A stretch of 20,000 nucleotides of DNA from Rotaria socialis (lineage: Eukaryota), in the NCBI GenBank assembly GCA_905331295.1, contig CAJNYD010000055.1, positions 120,870 through 140,869 of the forward strand, written 5' to 3'. Positions 10,955-20,000 of the stretch are shown here, one piece after another. Positions within the stretch are counted from its first letter, which is position 1, and every line of letters begins with the position of its first letter. The translations under genes and the position numbers were made by a program. The notes beneath the pieces are model-generated. The model made no database searches and was not told the DNA's origin. It was given only the letters and a program-made list of their open reading frames with translations.

Positions 10955-11079
10955 CTTTCTTATATGAACTTGACCGTATAGACGACGATAATATTAGAAT
11001 TCGAGCAGCTTATTTAAATAATATTGGCGTATGTTATAATCAACTGCAAAAGCAAGAACTGGCATTAGATCATTATACA
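10954..11079 (+). pseudogene. Tetratricopeptide repeat (TPR) coding fragment bounded by repeats
   Basis: Frame reads AFLYELDRIDDDNIRIRAAYLNNIGVCYNQLQKQELALDHYT, fitting the TPR consensus A..lnNiG..y.......Al..y. It is cut exactly at the CCCAGG terminus at 11080. Confidence 0.75.
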
Positions 11080-11280
11080 CCCAGGTTAATTACCCAAGAT
11101 CGTATACGACTGTATCCAAAATAATACGATGAATAACAATGACTGTATACGATGATCGTATACAATGATAGTATACGAGTAAGTACGCCTTTATACGACG
11201 ATCGTAAACGTCTATCAAATACGTCCTCCGTAATCAGCTTTCGTATACGATCGTGTACGATCGTATTTGTATCATTGATT
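11080..11280 (+). repeat. Terminus and palindromic subterminal repeats of element 1
   Basis: Many TCGTATACGA / GATCGTA / TATACGA units, including the near-palindrome TGTATACGATGATCGTATACA. Confidence 0.8.
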
Positions 11281-12741
11281 TTCTGTGTAGCTACACATGT
11301 TTACAGTGTCATAATTAATATACCACATCGTATTATAAGTTGTTTATTTATCTAATCGTTTCAGTTAGCGTAATTTGTGCGATGTAGTTTTCAATCGCAT
11401 AGAATCAAGTCACTCAATGCATATTTTTATTAATGCTTTCGAAGATTTTGGACTTTTCTTTTCCAATGATGTTTTGGATCTTGTGTTTGAGAGTTTACTC
11501 ATGAATGTTTCCTTGACGAAACAAAAATAGTTATTACTATAATTAAAAATAAAGTAATGTATGGATACAGGGGCAATAAAACAGGTCTTTGAATATATCT
11601 CTTGCTTTACAACGATATACCATCTGGACGTATTCATATGAATTTATCTCTCAACTTTCTTTACATTTTCTGTTTTTTTTATAATTAATTTTAAAAATAT
11701 TTCGTATCTTATATTTTTTATAATCAGGTCTAAAAAAATGTTCTAGGCAAAAGTTATTCTACAAACAATAGTTTTAATCATTTCACAAAATGTTTCTGTC
11801 AATACACACTTGCAGAGTGCTTGATATTATACGACATGAGATCACCAATACAAATGTTAGGGTTAAATAAGTAGAACGAATGGAAATCGTTCTATAAAGA
11901 AAATAAAGAAAAAAAAAGAATATGGACAATGGTTTACACGAATGAAAATATGAAATAGAAAATACAAAGTAAAGACGAACGTGGCTGCTATTCAATTCAG
12001 ATATAAATGAATAACTCTAATATCTCGATAAACCTACTAGCAATAAAAATTTGACAACTTATAGTTATAAGTGAACTTTAATTTTTTTTATTTAAGTGAG
12101 GTATTTTTATCTTGTAAATATTCATTCTTGATTTTTTTCCGGTCTTTCTTCATCTTGTTACATCTTCATATTCATTAAACACAACCTAGTTGTCTCAACG
12201 ACATATACCATGTATTGTTATTCGAGCGCTATTTACTTTATTGGTTATGTACTATTATTATATATATATATGAAATGATTGTCATTCAATAAATTCGGAA
12301 ATTATGGAAATTGAACATCTTACATACATATACCTCACAATCACATAGTTAGAATTTTCATCTTACTTTTCTTCAATAAATCATTTAACAGCAACAACAA
12401 ACATATACTTTAACAACTAGCAACGTGACCATAGTCTAAGTTTTTCTATTATTGCCACTTGAGTGAAAAGAATTGTCTTTTTAGTATTTTTTTTCTCTCC
12501 AGTTAATTGAGTTTCGAGATTTAGCACCAATTCTTATTGATATGAAATTTTCGAATTTATTATTAAAATAATTTAATAATATTTTTATATTCTAACACTA
12601 ACTTGGTAATTTTTTACAGAGAAAGTCGAGTATAGGATATCACAACGTTGCCATCCAATATTTTTGATTTTGAAAAGCTTTATCAAAATTTTTTTTAGAT
12701 TATCTTCTAACTATTGTTATTTTGAAATTGTTATTTAAAAT

Positions 12742-14946
12742 ATGTATCAACATATACGTATCGCTTTGGAACATGCTCAACAGCGATCACAACATGTACA
12801 GGAACAAGAAAATATTCGTCGTCGTAGGAAAACAATCGAAAAGTATCCAACAACACGTGTCAATGAATCAACGGCAACATGTGTCAATGAAGATGAAACA
12901 ACATCAAACAATCCCAGAGAGATTAGTCATCACTCTTTATCAGATCATAATGAAACACTAGATGTTGATGATGATTTTGATCTTGATTCCTTGGAAGAAA
13001 TTTCAAGTTAAATCACAGTTTCACTTTAATTCAGATTGTGAACTTTCGATGGATGATCAAGATGAACCATTGATGTCAGAGGAATTATTTTCATCAAATA
13101 ACGATCAAAATGATAATTTCCTTCATTTTTATACCACCACGAAAACACGGACGTTTTGTAGACAAATGGTTGAAATATTCAGAGATGCTAATATTAGTAA
13201 CATTCATTGTTTGCGTATTCTCAAACTTATTAGTAGTGTTCTTCCGCAACCTCACAATTCACCAACAACATTGAAAGCTTTATATGATTCTATACAAGGT
13301 TAGCTTAATTTCAATGAAAGCGATAAAAGCATTTTGAAAGCTCTAAACAAGATTTATAGAATATCTAACATCGAAGACAAATTGACCAATACGGTTTATT
13401 TACTCTTCTCTTTTTAGTTGAACAGCTGTTCAATAAAAGATTAATTTGCATTCAATGCCATCATAATTTATCACATAATGACAAAATATGCAACAAATGC
13501 TTTTCAAAAGAAAAGAAATATATAGCTAGTATATTTGATGTTAATCAACCATTAGTATTTACACGAACATTGGATCGTCTTTCATCAGAAATTGAAGATA
13601 ATCGAAAGCAATGTAATCTTAATCATTTATCACGCCAGAACAATAATAATGATATTATATTTAATCAAGTCTATAAAGAACTTCAAAATCGTCATGGCTC
13701 ATCATCATTTATTTCATTACTGTTACACTTAGATGGCATCAGTTTATGCAAATCCAGTAAACTTAATTTATGGTTACTTAGTTGTAGTTTAATCGAACTT
13801 CCTGTTCATCTTCGTTATCGGCGTTTCAATATGATTGTTCTTTCTGTTTGGATTGGTCATTGTGAGCCGCTTGTGGACTTATGGTTAGAAGAATGTTTTC
13901 AACAACTAAATGATATCAAGAAGAAAGTTATTTAAAACTTACCTTCAAGAATAAGATTTATGAGAAAATAAAAATAAATGTATTTTTAATAATGAGATGA
14001 CACCTACAATCAAAATAGCTTTATTGTATCAAATCATCGCAGACAAAATAAATAAATACATTTGTCAACAAAATTGAGTATTTTTGTACCATGGAACAAT
14101 AAATGGCAAAAACTGATTGATATATTCTTATATTAATTTTTGCTAAATCATAGATGCTGTTTGGTTTCTAAGTTTTTCCAGTTCACCGCTTAAAATTTTA
14201 TTTTTGTCAATATCATTTTTTAGTCTTTTCATACTAACAAACAGGATTAAAGAATCTTATTCTAATAAAAAAAACAATTAATTTGTCAATTCTAGGTATT
14301 TCAACTCGATCTGGTATAAATTACAAGATAATTGTATATGGATTAACTGGAGATTGTCCTGCAATTAAACTAGCAACTAAGCATATTAGTCATCAAGGTT
14401 ATCTTTGTTGTTGGTTTTGTTATATACATGGTATTCATGTTGATAATAAAAGACAATACTACTTCGAGAAGAAAATTATCCTTCGTTCAGAAACTGAATA
14501 TGAATTTTATTCAAAAGAAGCAGAAAAAACAAAAACGAATATTTATGGTCATCTTGGCAGATCTCCATTTTCTGTTGTATTTGATATCCATTTGCCACGT
14601 TGTATAGTTATTGACTACATGCACGTGTCACTGTTGCGTCATACACGTACTATTATTCAATATCTTTATCAAAAATTTTTAAAACCAAAACAAAGAGATG
14701 AGCTGGATGACCTTTTTCGTCATCAAGCTTTTCCTCATAACTTTAATAGAAAGATGCGTTGCGTTAAAGATTTCTCTTATTGCAAGTTTGTATTTTTATT
14801 CATAAAAATTCTAATTACCACGCGGCTTTTCTTATAGAGCATCAGAACTAAGAAATATGTTGTTATATGGTCTATTACCACTTATTCGATCGTTTCTACC
14901 AGTTCAATTGGCTGCACATTTAGCACTTTATGTTGCAGCAATGCGA
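12742..14946 (+). pseudogene. CACTA/EnSpm-type transposase, damaged and incomplete
   Basis: Exons ~12742-13298 (frame break near 13007-13011), 13418-~13927, 14296-14785 and 14838-14946. Motifs: CIQC..CNKC zinc ribbon, LHLDG, LIELP..LRY, TGDCPA, GYLCCWFC, IDYMH, KASELRN.LLY. The donor near 13927 is out of phase or mutated, and no C-terminal exon was found before 15792. Confidence 0.88.
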
Positions 14947-15791
14947 GTATGTTTATGAAAATATTTTTTTCATTGCAGAATAGTGTTTTTATTCGCTGTG
15001 CATGAAGAGAAAGAATGGTTTCATTATAAGATATAATTTTTACAATTTGAGTATCAAAATTGACAAATCTTAGTAGTTGAAACTGATTAAACTATTTTTT
15101 TTTGTTCCATTATAAAAATGCCTTCAGCAACTTATTAAATTTAATTTTGGGTTGATTTTACAGCTAATCATCTTTTTAATTAAAAAGACGCATATATGTC
15201 CTAATTTTTCTTTGATAGTCGACTTGATTTAAAAACAATACCTAATGTTGTAGATAATAAGAAATCTGAACTACTCTAAATCAACATAACTTAACCTATT
15301 TTTAATATGCCATATAAGAGAGACGCATGTCGTTCTCTTTGTTTTGAAGCCCATTTATCAGATCTAGCACAACGCACTGTAGCTAAAAGTTATCTAAATT
15401 ATGAATCGTGTTCTCATTCAGATGCCATATATTTTTAAAAGCCAAGTCAGCTCTCATTCAGCACGAGAAAAGAATGATTCAGAAGTTTATCTAGTCTATC
15501 CAGAAAGATATGCAAAGAATTTTTTATTGCATAACAAAAAATCGATGTCGTGTATGACGATCAGTAGCATGAAAATTTTTCCATCTTTATCCTTCTCTTT
15601 TAAAATGATCAAACCTATTTGTATTTCAGTACATCTGAAAATAAATTTAACAACTAAATATATCCTATGCATAAAAGTAGATTGTTATCATCAACGTTGA
15701 AAAAATGTGACAGAATTATTTCCGATTTAGACATAGTGTTTATTATTTTAGTTGACTTGTATGCATACCACTGAATAACTTCAAAAACAAT

Positions 15792-16050
15792 CCCAGGTCA
15801 AGCGAAACGGATTACGTTTACGGGCCGTTTTCGGACAGTGAGCTGTGGAAATACGGTTATTTTACGATCGTAAACGATGTTATTACGTACCGTAAGTAGT
15901 CCGTAATTATCCGTCGTACTGGAATCAGGAATACGGCCCGTATTTTATCCGCATCGTAAACACTCCGTAGTCGACCGTAAACTATTATATAACGGATACA
16001 ATACGATTGGGGGTTTGTTAACGTATCTCTACTGCATACGGGCATATAAA
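15792..16050. repeat. Terminus and subterminal repeats of element 2
   Basis: Repeated TACGG/CCGTA/CGTAAA/TTTACG units in both orientations, including the near-palindromes TTTACGATCGTAAA and AATACGGCCCGTATT. Confidence 0.8.
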
Positions 16051-16421
16051 CACCATATTGTGTTCGTTTACAAATAATTTCTACTATAGATGTCTTTTGT
16101 TTCGTATAGTTATTTCTTCGTTTATTTCATATCAGCAAAGCTAAAACGATATACAGGAATAGACACAAAAAAAATAAGCACACTTTACAATAAAATGGTG
16201 AGTATCAAACATTAGATACATATTTCATAATGATCACAGGTGACAGTTAAAGCAGTCACCGAGTTGAACAAAAAAAAGTCATGAAACCAAAGAAAAATCT
16301 TTATTTCATCTGACACGTACTAAGCAATGAAATACACAGATTTTAGTGTTTTTCAAATAAGAGAAAACGAATTTTAAAGTTACACTACATACAGTAATCA
16401 ATATGATTGTATTTGGTTTCT

Positions 16422-18075
16422 TCATTGATTCACGTTCGTCAAAGTTGTACCAATTTGAGATTGTTGTTGAATATTCAGTTGTTGAGAAGCTTGCTGGTCT
16501 TTTTGTTGCTGTATCTTTTGCTTTCGTTTTTTTCGTATTCCTACGTTGTACAAGCAATTAGCTAAACTATCTTGAATTCTGTCTTTGTAAAAGCTAATAT
16601 AATGATGCTTTGAGATACGATATCGTGTTCGAACAGCATCTAAAAATAGAAAAAATATCCATGTTATAGAAATATTCAAAGATCCATCGCAGTACCATTT
16701 AACAGATTAAATCGGTTTTGATCCAGTTCAACTTTCGAAAATCTCTTCTCATGTGGAGATGGCAATAAACTTGATTCTAATTCATCTGGTTTAAACATTT
16801 CCTGCAACAATTTTCGTGCATATTCAGCAGCATTACGTGCCGGTACTTCTAGTAAATCACGACCATCAAATGGCTACAGAAAGGAATAAAATTCGAATTT
16901 CTTCTACTATTGTCCATCATAAAGATCACTCACAATTGTATCTCGAAAGTTTTCTTTGCCATCAGGATCACGATAACGTTCAAGATCTTCATTATTTTTC
17001 TAATTAAAACAGTTGAACATGATGGTTATCGTTTTATTTTAATAATAACAAATACGTTACCGAAGAAAATAGAGATTGAAACTTATTAATTTTTTCTGTT
17101 AATTTTTTTAATTGATGATGGGTATCACGATTCTCTGATCGAGTATCTCGTAAATGTTCTTGTGTATTTTGCAATTCTTGATATATATGACGTAATGAAA
17201 CTTCTTCACCGCCATCGATAACTTCTTCGTCATCAGAAGATATTGGTGAGCTTACTTTAAAAATATAAAATGAACTCTATTAAAATAGTAATATAATCTA
17301 AAAGTCTACCTGTTGTTACACGACGTTGAGTACAAAAACAAGATGGATCATCGAATGTACGAGTTGCTAAAGTACTTGGACGATTTTCCTGATTTGGGCG
17401 TTTTGGTGATGAAACTAAGATATTCAAAATAAAATTCAAAAACATGTGATAGAATATTGCGACTCATAAATACCAGAAAAAATGGAATCAGGTGAGTTTG
17501 AACGATTTATTAATGCTCTTTTACGCCGAATTGGAGCAGCTAAGATAAATATTCAGTCTCGCAAGATCATTTTTGCAATTAATAAAATACTCACGTGTTA
17601 AAAATGTATTTGATGGCATTTGCAGTGTTTGTTTCATTAAATCAGGTACAATATCATTTTCATCATCAGATTCACCAGAATTGTCTGAAGTCAATAAAAA
17701 AAACTGAAATTCATTAAAACTTGTGATATGGGTTTCTTACTAATTGATGAAAATGTATGGTTTTTCCAGTATTCCATACATTTCTCTTTTGTGCCTAAAT
17801 TATAACCATGTTTATTTTTTATTTAGTAATTCCATATTCTAAAATGAAAAGTTATTACCTGATGCAATAATTTTTGCTGTATGACCATCATTCAGCACCG
17901 CTTTATCATCATTGACAAATCGTTTAATACTTGAATGACCAACGATCATCATTTGTTTCGTATCATTGTCAAAGGTCAAGTGATAAGTGGTTGCTGTTGT
18001 TGGATTCGATGGTGAGTATTGTGTTTTTGGTTTTATTGCTCGCTTTTTAACTATTTGTGAGTCATTGTTGGTCAT
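16422..18075 (-). CDS. Transposon accessory (TnpA-position) protein, 395 aa, 9 exons, with coiled coil and C-terminal BEN-like domain
   Basis: Exons 18075-17859, 17794-17741, 17684-17595, 17539-17474, 17414-17310, 17254-17061, 16999-16934, 16873-16696 and 16639-16422 total 1188 nt. All introns are GT-AG and in phase, with no internal stops. The C-terminus EYARKLLQEMFKPDELESSLLP..ELDQNRFNLLNDAVRTRY..FYKDRIQDSLANCL fits the BEN pattern. Confidence 0.82.
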
Positions 18076-18290
18076 CGTTGACACTAATAAAAAAGCAATC
18101 TGAAATGAAAGGTTCAAGTAAATGATTATATATTGGTTCAATTTAGTGGACAAGATAAATAGTGAAGAAAAATAAAATATAAAACGGTAGAATTTGACTT
18201 AACAGAAAATAGTTTTCAAGAACGTAATATTTGGTTGTACCAAAGTAAATCTAACAAAAGAAAAGAAAATTTTTCTATTGGCAACAACTG

Positions 18291-19760
18291 CTAATCATGT
18301 TCACTATATGATAAAATATTTGTAACAAACAAGTAATCATTTTTTTCTACGACTATACAATGATTGTTGATATAATCAGTTCGAACAACGTCTATCTGAC
18401 AATGGTCTTTTTGTAAAATAAAATACATGGAATCTATTGGCTTTTTTAATAAATGATAATAACAAGAATTTTTGAAAAAGTTACTGCACAACTCTTTAAT
18501 ACGATGATGCTTAATAATTGCATAGTTAACACTATTACAAACAAAAAAGAATTCAATAATGCCAAAGCGGTATTCGATAGCACCATTAGCCAATGAATAT
18601 TGTACAAAATAGCTAACAGAAGTTTGTCTTCTATTATATATTAAAGAATGAAATGTTTCATTTTTCATAATAAATCGACGATAAATTAAACAACATGAAC
18701 TCAAATCAGTACACATACATAAAGAAGAATGAATTTGATTCATATAATCATAATCGTTTGATGTAGTAGAAGATAAATCATAAGGTCCATCAATAGTTGC
18801 CTTTCGTATTTTTTTTCTTTGAATGCAAAGGTCAATATTATAATAATAAGTTATTGAATCTCCATAATAGCGAGTACCATGATGCTCACTACTTATAGCT
18901 CCAATGAAACTTTCTTGGCCAAAACAGCCTAAATTGCATAATGAGCCGTGTGTTTCATACATATATGAATAGTGAGCATGTAGATGCAATTTAAAAGGTT
19001 GTAACTGATCATAAAACAATTCATGATCTACATAAAATCTAGAAAAGAGACGATCAGCAATTTCATTTGTTTTGTTACCAAATATATGGCCACTATGAAG
19101 CAAGCGTATAGCAATAACATATAACGCAAGATGGGCATATTGTTCACTTGGCAATAACAAATTCATGTGTGGTAATAATCCGTAAAAAAGTAAATTCCTA
19201 ACTTCTGTACCTTTCACAAATGCAAAATTATCCATCGATCTTATTTTTCTATTAAAAAAGTCTAAAAATAAAAAAGTTGGATGAATTCAAATTAAAAGGT
19301 TGCAATTAAAAATTGCATACTACTAACGAGGAAATTTTTGATTTCTTAATTGAATGTTAAGTTGTTCACGTTGTATTGGCTTCAACTGACGATATATGGA
19401 TAGTATTATTGCTTTGGCATGACCTAGAAGGGTCACGTGTAAATAGTCTATAACGACTGCGTTTGGTAATGGCAGATCCAAAATATCATCGAGCATAGTT
19501 TTTCCTAAATGACCATAAATGTTGTTTTTTTTACGTTCAGCTTTCTTCGATCCTTTCGAATATTGTTCTGCTGTTCGTAAAATGAGTGATGAATAACGAT
19601 ACTGACGTTTGTGACCGATATGTTCTCCTTTAATGAAACAGAACCAGCAGCAATAATAACCATTATGATTAATAAAAATTGCAAATTAAACTGATGGCAG
19701 GACAATCTCCAGTGATACCAAATATAATTAATTTATGATTTTTGTTCATTACATTAATAC
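18291..19760 (-). CDS. CACTA/EnSpm-type transposase, C-terminal exons; one homopolymer frameshift; N-terminus outside the window
   Basis: Exon 19760-19328 (GINVM..ITGDCPA..GYYCCWFC..YGHLG..IDYLH..QKFP), intron 19327-19262, exon 19261-18291 (HFFNRK..KGTEVRNLLFYGLLP..KLHLHAH..HGSL..CFGQES..SEHD*). One extra T in the run at ~19674-19678 shifts the frame. Confidence 0.88.
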
Positions 19761-20000
19761 CTATAATTGTAAAAAGATAATATTTTACGAATAAAAGCTG
19801 CTTTTTATTTCATATTAATAGAAAATAAAAATTGACTAAAGATGCATATCCTTTAGTGCATGTTATCTTCTCTTTTTTCATCTTCAGAGTTTAGTATCTC
19901 AGGAACATCTAACTCCCTTTCAAAGAAAAATTTAGGAAGGAGAATAAAAGGACACCTATAAATATCAATAGTAGGTTCCTTTGAATCGACTAAATATAAT

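Larger units (their letters stand above)
11080..15791 (+). mobile_element. CACTA/EnSpm (CMC) transposon, element 1; left part only, right boundary unresolved
   Basis: Terminus CCCAGGTTAA at 11080, a subterminal repeat field, then spliced CACTA-type transposase exons. No matching right TIR was seen in the window. Confidence 0.8.
15792..20000 (-). mobile_element. CACTA/EnSpm (CMC) transposon, element 2; 3' part with transposase and accessory gene
   Basis: Terminus CCCAGGTCAA at 15792 with subterminal repeats, downstream of two co-oriented minus-strand genes. The element continues beyond the window. Confidence 0.88.

Noticed and set aside
11080..11280. Possible CRISPR-like or satellite array
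   Set aside because: No constant repeat-spacer period; fits CACTA subterminal repeats in a eukaryotic context.
15401..15700. 99-aa ORF as the continuation of element 1 transposase
   Set aside because: No resemblance to the expected LLHSG..HLH.H..QES segment seen in element 2.
11080..15801. The two CCCAGGT termini as paired TIRs of one element
   Set aside because: They are in direct, not inverted, orientation and have different subterminal motifs.
19870..19900. CTGAAGA..GAAA on the minus strand as a hammerhead
   Set aside because: No stem II between the motifs and no flanking stems; lies within an intron.

Overview
AT-rich eukaryotic genomic DNA with many ~50-66 nt GT-AG introns. The intron sizes and repeat landscape suggest a bdelloid rotifer (Rotaria/Adineta-like); this is inferred, not proven. 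The left half holds a spliced gene with a C17orf98/SPMAP1-like motif (<1-1038, -), a DINE-1/Helentron-like insertion abutting a decayed PIP5K-like pseudogene, an assembly gap, an intronless membrane-anchored SAM-dependent methyltransferase (5288-6196) and several MITEs, including a hAT-type element with a perfect 8-bp TSD that carries a nested foldback. The right half is dominated by two divergent CACTA/EnSpm (CMC) DNA transposons whose termini begin CCCAGGT(T/C)AA. Element 1 (+, from 11080) sits directly after a TPR-coding fragment and has a damaged, incomplete spliced transposase. Element 2 (-, ending at 15792) carries a transposase followed by an apparently intact 9-exon, 395-aa BEN-domain-like accessory gene that the ORF track only shows in pieces. 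Element 2 may be nested in an intron of element 1. All protein family calls come from motif recognition by eye.
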